64,000 nucleotides of DNA from Prorocentrum cordatum (taxonomy: Eukaryota). Positions 12,801-24,108 of the stretch are shown piece after piece. A program made the position numbers and the translations under genes. The first letter of the stretch is position 1. Every line of letters begins with the position of its first letter. The stretch covers positions 1-64,000 of the forward strand of contig CAUYUJ010000275.1 of assembly GCA_963575745.1 (NCBI GenBank), in the 5' to 3' direction. The notes beneath the pieces are model-generated. The model did no database searches. It saw only the letters and a list, made by a program, of their open reading frames with translations, and was not told the DNA's origin.

Positions 12801-13349
12801 ACACTTGGTCCCAGCCTCCCCACAGAAGATTCGATCGGAGACATTTCCATCAGCTGTCCGCATCGCACCAGCCTCAAGCCGCTCGAAGTCATCAGTACTA
12901 CGTTCGCTCAGGGCAAGGACGAACAAGCCTGCGCGTGTGCGTTTCAATGCCGACTTCGTACTCGTCCAATGGTACAGCCAGTGATGAACACAAAACGCCA
13001 CTGGCACGACCTTTGTTCGTTTTGATGCTTGAAACGCGGTAGAACTAACACCTCCTCAGAATCAACGACCGCATCTTAACGAGTAGCGGACGGCATCAAC
13101 AACCCAGATCCCTGCTCCCATCAACCACCCTCGCTATCCTCGGTGAAGTGCGCGCCGGTGGGCACGATGTCCTGGGTCGGCTTCCTGGGCAGACTCGAGC
13201 TGCTACTCGGCCGACCCGTCTCGCCAAGCCTGCGAGGGGGCTGGCGTGCGCACGGAAAACAGGGAGGGGCCGCGCGGACAGATGATCGAAACCAACCTCT
13301 CCACGCTTCTCTCCCCCCGTCCTCCGCCTCCGCCTCCTCCTTCTCTAGG

Positions 13350-13700
13350 GGCACCGTTAGGGGGGGACCTGCTCAGGGGGGAAACATCGACATGGAATCA
13401 GCGACACATCGCCGATAGATCAGCGGTAGGCCCCAGATAGCCAATTCGCACGTTTGTGGGCTGGGTGGGCTATCAGGCCACTATCGGCGATCAACGGGCG
13501 ATTGGAGATCGATGCATCCCCCCCGGGCCTATCTCCATCCCCGATGGTTTTCGGATCATAACTCGGGCCTCTAGCGGCCGTCGTTCGGGACGATCTGGGT
13601 ACCCCCAGACGCTCTCGGCGAGGAGCAGCTGTTGACGAGTATCCCGAAGCTGGAAAACGGCCGATACCCGACGAAAACGCCCAAAAACATCGAACCTCTA
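13350..13700 (+). repeat. Dispersed ~350-bp repeat family X, copy 1
   Basis: GGGGGGACC.GCTCAGG...ATC.GCGA...AACTCGGGCCTC...CTCGGCGAGGAGC.GCTGTTGACGAG...GAAAACG shared wholly or partly with 15655-15945 and 61965-62310. Confidence 0.8.
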
Positions 13701-13879
13701 GCCTGCCCCGGCTCCTCCTCCCTCCTCCTCCCTTCTCCTCGTCCTCCTCCTCCTCCTCCTCCTCCTCCTCCTCCTCCTCCTCCTCCACAATTGCTCAATA
13801 TGAATACTACTTTCCCTCTTCCCCTGATGACGGTTTGAAAGTGCTCGACCCCCCCCGCGTATTGTTTTTTACACACAAG

Positions 13880-14480
13880 TTTCCCCGGAATTGGGTTTTC
13901 GCCTGCATTTTTTTCCAAAAAGCTGCTCTCGCTGAGGCGCCGGCCTCATTTTCGTGCCCCGCTCGTTCCGAATCGTGCTCCCGCTGCAATGCTGGCATCG
14001 TTTTCGCCAGCGCCTGGGCTGCACGCCCGAGCTGGCGCCCGGGCCGGCGCTCGGGCCGGGTCCGGAGCCGGTTCCGGCCGCTGGAAAATCGAGTTCCGAG
14101 GCGGCGCCGAAAAAAGGCTATTCTAATACACATTTTTCTTGTAAAAATGCTGAATTTCTGCTTCTGGCGCCCGGGCATTCCAACGCCCAGGCCGGCGCCC
14201 GAGTCGGCGCCCGGGCCGGACGCCCGAGCCGGCGCCCGGGCCGGCGCCCGGGCTGGGTCTGGAGCCGGTTCCGGCCGCCGGAAAATCGAGTTCCGAGGCG
14301 ACGCCGAAAAAAAACCATTCCAATACACATTTTTCTGTTGAAAATGCTGAGTTTCTGCTTCTGGCGCCCGGGAAGCCTCCCGGGCCGATTCCGGCGTGCT
14401 TCCGCTCGTTCCGAATCGTGCTCCCACTGCAGCGCTGGCCTCATTTCCGCGCTTCCGCTCGTTTCGACTCGTGCTCCCGT
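13880..14480. repeat. ~200-bp imperfect tandem duplication with GCGCCCGGGCCG subrepeats
   Basis: GAAAATCGAGTTCCGAGGCG.CGCCGAAAAAA...AATACACATTTTTCT at ~14084 and ~14281. Confidence 0.8.
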
Positions 14481-15051
14481 TGCAGCGCTGGCGTCATTTC
14501 CCGTGCCATGCCACGGCATGCAATGCAATGCTAGGTTGATGCTACGCTTCGCGGTGCTCTTCTACGCCATGCCATGCCGTGCTCTACAATGCATCGCGTA
14601 CCCTTTCGGGATCATTGCCCTGCTCGACATCCGACTGTGCGAGTAGAGAGGGGATCTGCGCCATGGTAAGGGATGGGAGGGAGGGGTAGGATGTCAGATA
14701 TGACGCGAGCGCACCTAGCTTGTCCTCTCCTCCTCCTCCTCATCCTCCTCCTCCTCCTTCTCCTCCTCCTCCTCCTCCTCCTCCCCCTCACGCCGATGGC
14801 ATTGTGGGCCTCTCCAGGAGGCGCGGCCACCTGCCCCGCCTAAGGGTCGGCAGAATATGCCTGCATGCTACGGTCGGGAACTCTTGTTTCGCGTGTCGCG
14901 GCGGCGGCCCCCGGCGACATGCTGCGCCATGCGAGCGGATAGCAAGTCGCTCCGCTCCGCAGAGCGGGAGGCTGGGAAACGCTGCGCTGTTCTACCCGTG
15001 CGCCATCCGTACGCTAAGGAATCCGCGCAGTTCGATTGAAACGTCTGCACT

Positions 15052-15138
15052 GTACTTGCGATTGGGGCGTGGACTGTTCTTGCGATTGGGCCGTGGGCTG
15101 TTCTTGCGATTGGGCAATGGGTTGTTCTTGCGATTTGG
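15052..15138. repeat. 24-bp tandem repeat, about 4 copies
   Basis: CTGTTCTTGCGATTGGG.....GG units. Confidence 0.85.
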
Positions 15139-15654
15139 CTCGCCCTTTCGTGTGCAATATTCTTTGCGCCGCAATGCCGTGGCAGACTGATTTGCACAAT
15201 AGCCACATACCAAACAGACAGACAAACTGAACACAAATAAACGATTCCAACAAGGTCCCAAAGCCCCAGATCCCGGGAGTCCGTTTTTTTGAGGGGGGGG
15301 GGACGGGGTTTCCCCCCGCCCGGGCTTGTAAACAAATAGGAAGAGGAGTATATACATATATATATATATATATATATACACATGCATACATGCATACATG
15401 CATACATGCATACATGCATACATACACATACACATACATATACACATACATATACATATGTATATATACACGCTGGTTTCTCCATAGAGTGCCCCCACTG
15501 AGGTCTCGACCCCGTTCCCCGTGACCGGCAACGCCCCGAGCATTTTTTTGACAGTCCCCAGGCATGGTGGTGGCCCCAAAGGTCTCGCATTGCCCACATC
15601 CTCCCGCAGCATGTGTTGACGGAGCGAGGAGGTTTCCTCCCCTGAGGTGCAGCG

Positions 15655-15945
15655 ATAGGGGGGGCCAGCTCAGGGGGGGAACATCGAGCTGAAATCGGCG
15701 ACGCATGGCCAGTACATCGGCGATCGGACCCCCCAAAAAACTCCTACGTTCCTGGGCAGGGGTGGGGAATCGGGCACACGTCGGCGATGGATGGGCTATT
15801 GGGGTTCGATGCGTTCCCTCCCGAGCCTGCCCACGTCCCTGGTGGTTTTCGGGCCACAACTCGGGCCTCTGGCGGCCGTTCGGGACGATCCGGGCGCCCC
15901 TGGAACGCTCTCGGCAAGGCGCAAGCGCCGGAAAACGCACCCCGA
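15655..15945 (+). repeat. Dispersed repeat family X, copy 2
   Basis: Similarity to 13350-13700 by eye. Confidence 0.75.
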
Positions 15946-16129
15946 GGCAAGACTACCTTGCAGAGCCGGCAAACACATCCGAAATCTTGTGCTTATGCAA
16001 TTCTTCTTTCTTCCTTCTTCCGGCAGCCTGTGGGCGGAGCCCCTGGCCCATTCCATCGGGGTCCCCAGCAGCAGGGGGAGGCCATCGTCGTCGTCGTTCT
16101 TGGCCTCTTCGCGCTGGGCCGCGAGCAAG

Positions 16130-16499
16130 AGAGGAGGAGGATGAGGAGGATGATGATGAGGGGGAAAAGGAGGAGGAGGAGGAGGAGGAGGAGGGAGTGG
16201 GAGTAGAACAAGGAAGAGGCATGAGAGGAGGAGGAAGGAAGAGGGGGAGAAAGAGGAGGAGGAGGTAGACGATGAAAACAATTAGAGGAGGAGGAGGAGG
16301 AGGAGAAGGAGGAGGAGAGCAATGAGAGGAGGAGGAGGAGGAGAAGGAGGGAAACGGGGAAAAGGAGGGGGAAGAGGAGGAGATGGAGGATGAGGAGGTA
16401 GACAATGAGAGGAGGAGGAGGGGGATCATGATGATGATGGTGATGATGATGGTGACGAGGATGATGATGATGATGATGCTGATGATGATGATGATAATA

Positions 16500-16530
<31 letters not shown>

Positions 16531-16726
16531 CGAGGATAATGGTGGTGGTGATGATGAGATGTGTATGGTGATGTTGATGATGTTGCTGATGTTGATGCTG
16601 CTGCTGGTGCTTAGTATGATGATGATACTGCTGCTGATGATGATGAAGAGGAGGGGAAGGAGGATGAGGAAGTGGAGGAGGAGGACAAGGAGGATGCGGA
16701 GAAAGTGGACGACGACAATTAGGAGG
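16130..16726. repeat. Compound (GGA)n/(ATG)n microsatellite
   Basis: Directly visible. Confidence 0.95.
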
Positions 16727-19700
16727 CGGCGGCGGCGGCGCTCCTGGGAGTCCAACGTCAGCTCGGCGGAATGTGGCGGGGCAGCCCCCTCACATCTGTA
16801 AGCCCGGCGCCACTCTGCACGTGGGGCACGAAAGGCGTTGCCCGAGAACGGGCGCGGCCCGTGTGCGGCCCGTGCCAAAAAAGGTACCTACGCTGGGGTC
16901 CAACAGCAAGCAGCAACGAGGGAGACCAGGAGCGAGCGGGCGGCGTACCAAGCCGAGGGCGTCCACAAGTGAACGCCCGCGCGCAGGCCATTCACACAGC
17001 CGCCAGCAGGGGGCGGCCCCCGAGGGGGGGAGGAGAGGCCGAAGGTCTCGCACTCGTTGCAACCAAGTGGTGAAGCACAACGCCAGAACATGAAGCAGCT
17101 GCCTTCGTTAAAAAGTTTCTCACGCGGTGCCGAACGGTACCCGGTTGTTCAATGTCCAGAACAATTGGGCCTTAGAGCGACGCTGGTCCTAGCCCCTCTT
17201 GCGCACAGGCACCCTGCTAAACCAGAGGTGGAGAGGCGTGTGCAGCAGCACGGCAGACCACGACGAGGCCTCAAGGATCTTCTTGCCCTCAAGCTCCAAG
17301 TGGCCAGGCGGGCGAGGGCCCGACCAGGCCTACTTCTTCACCGCCGCCTCGATCACCGCCATGAGGATGCGCTCCCACGTCTCACCCTTCATCGCGATGA
17401 TGAGCCTGTTTTTGCTGTCGAACCTCCTCTCCGTCCTGAACAGGCCAACCGTGTGCTGAGACTCACGACCGACGACCTGGCTTGAACGTCTCCAGGCACT
17501 TCTGCATGTCGGCCCTGTGCGCCTCGTGCGCCGTCTCGACGAGAGTCTCGAGTGAGGCGCGCCGCTGTGCGCGGGGACGTGCCGGGCGTTCCTTTTCCCA
17601 CCCTCGGGGGGTACTCTTCATTGTGGGCCGTAGACATCGCCGCAGCGTGCCCTCTGCGCTGATCTCACGCTGGGACGCGCGCGATGCCTCGAGGAGCCTG
17701 ATCCTCCGACGGGCGGTCGTGCCCAGCTTTAGAGACACATTGACCTTCGCCTTGTCCTCAGTGCTCTCTGCCTTCGCGAACTTGATGCCTCTGCCTTGCA
17801 GGGCCGCCGCATCACTGCCAGGCCCCGCCGACGCAAACTGCTCAGACCACGCGCCCGACATGGCACGCGAGCGCTCTCCGACAGGATGGGCGCCACAAAC
17901 GGACCTGCGGTGTCGGATACTCGTCGCCGCTGAGCCACGATAGCAGCCATTGCATGCTAATGCGTCGAATTATCACGCGAACTTGCTTTTATCCAGGAAG
18001 ATGGGTGACCAGGTGCGCCCTGGCCTCAGAGCACGTATCATACTCAATAAAACACAACTCACAATTGTGCGGGGGGCAGGCGGCATGCGCATGCAGTGCA
18101 AACGAGCCACGGGATTTTGGACCCCCCCGAAAGATACGTGCCTCGAGATAGACAGCGGCATATCGACGGGTCGTGTAGATGTTGTCGCACTGAATGCATA
18201 TATGTGAGATGGTGAGGATCTTGGCGAGGGATATGTTCCATGGCCTTCAGCTTTGGAGTTGGCCATGTGCAGCAGTAGCTGTCGTCTCGAATCGAAACCC
18301 ATCCGGCATCCAGCGACGCCGCGCGCGCGGCGCTGGCGCGGGAACTTCGGGGGCCAAGTCGAGACCGAGGGGGAACGGAACCTGCTCCTCACCTCCTCCT
18401 CCGACTCCTTCTCCTCCGTCACCCTGTCCAGGTCCACCCATGTCCTGCTCCTCCACTGTGCCCGCCTCGTATATCTCCTCAATCGTCCTCGGCCATCCTT
18501 CGACGCGCTTGATTTGCGAAGCCTTCGCGTTCAAGGGCGCGCCCCCCATCTCTGCGTTGCATGCGAGCTCCACAGGCCTTCGGAGCAGTGCAGGTCGCAC
18601 CTCTGGCACGCCCAGCCCCGCAGCGCACGCTGAAAGATCAGCCAAGAACTGGGCCCACCACAGGCGGGCTGAACACGCGCCATGCGCGGCGCGAGCGCAC
18701 CCTTGGACGTCGCATTAGTTGTGCTTGTCCCGCGCCGCACATCCAAACAGCACAGCCAAAACGAGAAGGTGCCTCTCAGGCTTTCTTACTATCTCCCGCC
18801 GCCAGCGTATTTCCCAGGTTCCCAGCGCGCATCGCGGCGCACGCAGTTTCATTTCATTCCTTATCTCTGCGTTCGGGAGGGCGCCGGGTTTCTTCGGGCC
18901 CTCGCCGGCAGCAGCTATTTTCAAAGGGCCCTTGCCACGGGGCGCTCGCATGGCCGGAGGCGCACGAACGCCCTCCAGGCGCTCAAGGTCAGATTCGCCC
19001 AAAGGGTAAGCAACGACCTCCGGTGCCAAAGACCCCTCCGCCATACTCTTGTAAATCACCGTTATCCACCTTTCGTTCGTAATCTCCTTCCAAAATCAGC
19101 CTAGCACTGCGAACTGTCTCGCCCGCCTCGCTCAAAAATCGACGTCAGGCTTGGCGCCCCCATGAAAGTGCAGCGTGCCGCCCAAGTGCGTCGCCTCCCC
19201 CCTGGCCTCTCCCATCGCCCCGTTCTCGCCCCGGCGCAGTCGCCCCGTTCCGTTCCGCGCCCCCCCCCCTCCAACTGAACCAGCGATGCTTGCTCGTCAC
19301 CGTTCAGCGCAACACCTATGCTTGCCAGCTCCTCGCTGAGTGAGTCGCGCTGCGCCCGCGCCCGGAGGCGGCCGCGCGTGGCGCCCGCCACTGCAGACGC
19401 CCATGCGATGTCGCCCGAGAAACTCGTAAGCGAAATGTCCACGTGCTGTCTAGACTGCTGGTTCAAGTAACGCTCTGCCGTCAGTGCTGTCTGTCAGACA
19501 GCGCCGAAGCCATCGAACTTGCACGTGGGTGCTTTGTGCGTCCGATTCGCGAAACACGTCGAGCGGCCGATTGTGCGCTCCCAAGAACCACAAACACGAA
19601 ATCGCATAACCTGGCAATGTCCCCTGCCTGATGCTCACGACAATCTTCCGCCCGCAAAATTGATCGACGCTTGGGCGAACCTGAGTTCCTGCATGAACAA

Positions 19701-21846
19701 CTCCGCGCCGAACTCATCACGGCGCCAGTCTACATACGCACGCGAGTTTCGTGCAACGCACCGTGACAAGCATCGGCGGCATCGCGCGCTGTGGTGAGCC
19801 TGCTGAGTCTACGACCGTGCGAACGTGAGGCGCGTGCGCTCTGGGCGAGGACGGCTTCCTCTTCCTCCTACCATTCAAATATCAGAACGAGTGCGTGCGA
19901 CCAGCTGCGTTCGTAAGCGTTGGGCGCCTGTGCCGCAACGTGCTGCAATGCACTTTGCCTGGGGCATCGGGCGAATGCACTAGCCTCTGGCCTCTGCGCT
20001 CGCTCTTGCCGTTCAGCTTGTCGAAAGAAAAGGCCTGGCTCTGCTGCCGCTGCAAGGCCCCCCCCCCGGCGGCGTATTGTCGCGCAAATCCGGATGAAAC
20101 GTCTGTCCACGCTCGGAAAGTGCTGGCCGCTATAATAATCCCCCCCCGCCTGCGCGTCAGGCTTCGAATCTCGAAGCTCACTGGGCCTCGTCAACCGACG
20201 CCACGCTCCGCCAGGAAAGCTCCAGTCGGGTGGCGCGAGACGCAGCCTGGCTCGCTTCATGCGGCCACGGACGTCGACGAAATCGCATGTGCCTTGCTGG
20301 GCGGTCTGCGCTGCGAGGTCCATCTTAGGACCTCGCTCTTGCCTGCGCTGACCCCCCCTGCGCAGGGGGCCCGGCTGAGAATCCCCCCTGCAGCATGGTC
20401 GCTATCGGGCTCAAAGGGGGGCTCTCCACGCCTGGCGCTCGAGGGGCAGCCTCGAGATCTTCCAGCGCAATGCCGCGTCGCCGCTTCTCTTGGCACCCTC
20501 GAGCTCGCTCGCGCGCGGCCCCGTCTGCCTGGGCCTGTCGCGCCGAAGGTTCGCTCGGACTTTCTCGCCCCTCTCTCGGACACTCAGGAACTGCACTCGC
20601 GAAGCATGCGCGCGGCTCGCGCGCGTCGTTCCAAGCCCGCGAAACCGCGCAAACGATGCCAAAACAACGCCCCGGCAAACATTCGCGCGCCCCCCTCCCG
20701 CCCCAGCGGGCCTCCCGACCCAGCTCGCCCACGGGGGGCGGGGGAAGGGGGGCGGGCAGCGGCGCGGCGCCCAACTGTCTGAGACCGCGTCTGCACTCCT
20801 GTCTCGTCTCCAGCGCTTGCTTCGCGTCGGCCGGGCGGGACTGCAGCTTCGGCTTTCTGCCGAAAGCCTCCATGGCATGCTCTCGCGCCACTTCGCGCGC
20901 TCTTTGAAGCGCAGTGCCTACGTCTTTGGCATCGTGATCCTGCGCGCTGGGCGCCGCGGCTTCCAGGGGCTCGTCTACCTTCTACAACGACTCGAGGGAC
21001 CCTTGCCTGAAGCGCATGCGCCTGGAAATCTCATCGCGACCCCGTGCAGCGGCGGCCTGAGGCTTCAGTTCGAAGCTCGGGCCGGCTCGGAAACGGACCA
21101 CCAAGGGAAGTAATCTCTTCTAGCACGCGCACTAATACTCTGCAACTGATCCCCCGCCCCCCCCCCGCACGCGCCTCGCGCGCTTCAACATGCGCGCGTG
21201 CACTTCAGGGCGCGCGCGCGTAGTCGATCCGTGCAGCGCGATCTCCTGAGACGCGGTAAAAGGTCGACCCCGCGCAACAACTCGAATACAACGCGCAGAG
21301 ATGGTGGTGCTGAAGGAACTCTCGAAAGCACCTGCCGTTGTAATTCTCTTCGTGGAACTCTTCTCTGCCTACGCGCGGCGCCGACTCGACCGATCCTGCA
21401 CGAACGATGGCATCCATCATGAGCACAGGGACGGCACGTGCTGGCAATTTGCCGATCAGCTGCGAGAGGCCATGCCGAAAATGCTAAGATTTCGTTTCGT
21501 GCAACCGTCTGTCGTTCTGGGATCCATGGGAGTCGGTGTGCGCATGCCCTACCACGAAGGTGAAATCCACGTTTTTGCCCTTAGATCTGACTGCTCCGAT
21601 GCGTGGCTCCGTACACTGCGTGCCTTGAAGACCGACTGCCGTGCATGATCGGAGTTCCTGCATGATATCACTCCACCGTCCTTCTTGGCGCAGCGAGAGA
21701 ACATTGCAACTGCACGCCTCAAGTCGCTGCATCGCGGGCGGGCCGCCCGAGCATGAACAACCTGGGGGGGTGTCAGAAGCGCGGCTGCGGCGCCTCGGGG
21801 GCAGCTGGCTGCCCCCACATGCAAGTTCCCTCGGGCCGTGGGAGCT
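16727..21846 (-). mobile_element. Decayed LINE: APE endonuclease, RT, C2H2 zinc fingers, plus a downstream second ORF
   Basis: CSCNVLSL..AVGLQGT (~21630-21720), MMDA..EENYNG..ARIDY (21205-21447), DKLNGK..RLVH (~20000), IRQGTLPG (~19620), SFSGDIA (decayed FADD, ~19415), GFDSRRQLLLH, CIQC, CELC-x12-H-x3-H then TAA at 17989-17991; bounded by GACAATTAG at 16714 and 21847. Confidence 0.7.
17265..17950 (-). pseudogene. Frameshifted ORF of unknown function immediately 3' of the LINE RT ORF
   Basis: ATG at 17950 about 40 nt after the RT stop; protein-like segments KLGTTARRRIRLLEAS and GPRPPGHLELEGKKIL. Confidence 0.45.
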
Positions 21847-22099
21847 GACAATTAGAGGAGGAGGAGGAGGAGGAGGAGGAAGAGGAGGAGGAGGAGGAGG
21901 AGAAGGAGGAGGAAAAGACGGAGGAGAAGGAACAAGATGCGAGGGGGAGGAGGAGGATAACAAGGAGGACAAGGAAGAGGAGGAAGAACAAGAGGAATCA
22001 GAATCGGGATCGGCGCCAGAAACGAAGAAAAAGAGGAGGAGGACTCGAAGCAATCTGTGTATATGCGCGTAAATGCATATGTGTTTCATCCCCTCCTCC

Positions 22100-22570
22100 T
22101 CTCCTCGACTGCTGTTTGTTCCAATCTGCTCCTCCCCACAGCCTGCGAACCATCGCCAGGCTCACTAGTTTGATCCCCCCCAGGGCCGACCGACCATGGG
22201 GGGGGGGATGGCCAAAGGCATGCACACAAAACAGCTCTCCATGCATTTCATTTTTGTCATGCGCACGCTTCGCTGTCTGGGCAGGAAAACCTGGACCCTA
22301 CTCACGACGAGTGTGCTGCAGACTGGGACACTCAAAAAACCTGTGAAACAAGGTCCACGGGAGACAAGGAGAAGACATCGATTGTGCACACCCTTTTGAT
22401 GACTGAAGAGCCTTGCCTGCGGCCACTGGCTGCCTCCTACGAAGCTGCGAAGAATGGCCTGAGGGTGATGGTTCCAGGTCTCGCTCGTCGCTCTACCTAC
22501 CATCCACGCAAGAGGGTTCCAATGCAACTGATTGACCCAGGAACCTGGGATGCGCTTGAGCGTGCAGCCC
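22100..22570 (-). pseudogene. Short LINE ORF2 C-terminal fragment between (GGA)n tracts
   Basis: AILRSFVGGSQWPQARLFSHQKGVHNRCLL followed by decayed Cys/His segment and a possible GDGS RNase H start. Confidence 0.45.
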
Positions 22571-22739
22571 GAGGGCGAGGAGCACGAGGAGGACGATGAC
22601 AAGGAGGACGGGAGGACGAGGACACGGAGAACGAGGAAGACGAGGAGGACGAGGAAGACGAGGAGGACGAAAAGGACGACGACAAGGAGGACGAGGAGGA
22701 CGAGGAACCGCGAACAACTTCGAGTCCTTCGTGGCGGCC

Positions 22740-22915
22740 CTTTGTTGGGGGTTGCTAGAGGAGCCACTGGCCCAAAGTGCCGCCAGCTTTTCGCTCCATT
22801 TCGGGGCCCCTGGGGCCCCCTAGGCCTCGCGAGGGGTGCTCTGGGGGCCGTGGGGGCCTCCTTGGAGATCCTGGGGGCACCCTGGGCCAGGGGCACTTCT
22901 AGCGACACCCGACTT
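22740..22915 (+). repeat. Dispersed repeat family Y, copy 2
   Basis: Close match to 31800-31970, e.g. ATCCTGGGGGCACC.TGGGCCAGGGGCAC.TCTAGC.ACACCCGA. Confidence 0.8.
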
Positions 22916-24108
22916 GGTTGGCCCCCCCCCCCTCCCCGCGCGGGCGTGGCAGGCCTGCTGCATCCCCCCGCCGCGGAGGGAGGCTCCCCCACGGCCGTGG
23001 GCGCCCGCCGGGAGCCGCCGCCGCGAGCCCTCCAGCAGTCGCGGGGGGTCGGCCGCGTGCGAGAGTTTTTAAGACCGAGCCATCGAGGAGGGGAAAGTCA
23101 AGTCGTGACGGCCGAGAGGCAAGCCCGCAGCGCATGGTCCGTCTTTGGCAAATTGACGCCGGCTTCGGCCACACGAGAATGACCCTGGGCAAGGGTGGCC
23201 GTTGATGCGCGCCTTTCGGGGGGCGCGGGGGCGCCAAACCCGAGCGCGGAAACCGCTACCATCGCAGCGCGTTCAGCCATCTGGGGGTCCCACTGTGCCC
23301 GCACCAAATGTCATTTCGGCGAATGGTCACTCTTACATGTAGCTGAAGAGTCGCGGGGGGATGGTGATGAGGTTTGAGGTTGTTCGGGCTCGAGGGTTGA
23401 GGTTTTCGCACGTCTTCGTTCGTCCTCGGCGGTTTTACGCCTCGAGGTGCTTTTCAGCACCTGCGCCTCGTCGAAAGCTTTCTGAGGGCCCTTGGATCGT
23501 CCCGAACGGCCGGTGGAGGCCCGAGCCATGACCCAGAAACCACGCGCTTCCCGGCTCGCGCGCGCCGTCCTCGCTGCAATTTCTTCACAGCGGCCGTGTT
23601 CGCCCGGCTTCGGGCTGCCCCAGGGCCATCACACATCGATGCGGCTCGGGGATGTCGCAGGGGGATGCGGTCCAGGGCTCCCATGGCGATTTTTGTCTGA
23701 CCTCAGGGGGCGCCGGCACGAGGAGGGGGGCGAGGGCGGCGGGAGGGAAGGAGGAGGAAGGAGGGAGGAGGGAAGAGGAACGAGGGAGGAGGGAGGGAGG
23801 GAGGAGGGAGGAGGGAGGAGGGAGGAGGGAGGAGGTAGGTAGGTAGGTAGGTGGTGCTCCCATGGAGCTGGTGCGGGAGCTTCGGACGCGACTCCCTTTT
23901 AGCATGGCACCACGGCCCCGGGGGCAGGCTCGGAAGTGTCCGTGCAGCGACGGCCCTGGAGGTCAATCCACCAGCACTGGAGGGGGCGAGACGGGATCTG
24001 TCGAAGCTTTCCGCCCAGAGAGACAGGGGACACAGGGCCCCAGAGAGCCCGCCCCCAAGAGAAAAGGGCGAACCAAAAAACCAAGCCGAGGAGACCGCAA
24101 CGACAGAA

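Noticed and set aside
12800..13100. Tyrosine recombinase box I (FITGCTIGR) or host exon
   Set aside because: Single weak motif with stops nearby and no supporting downstream motifs
15052..15138. Mini CRISPR or iteron array
   Set aside because: Plain 24-bp tandem repeat with no spacers or replicon context
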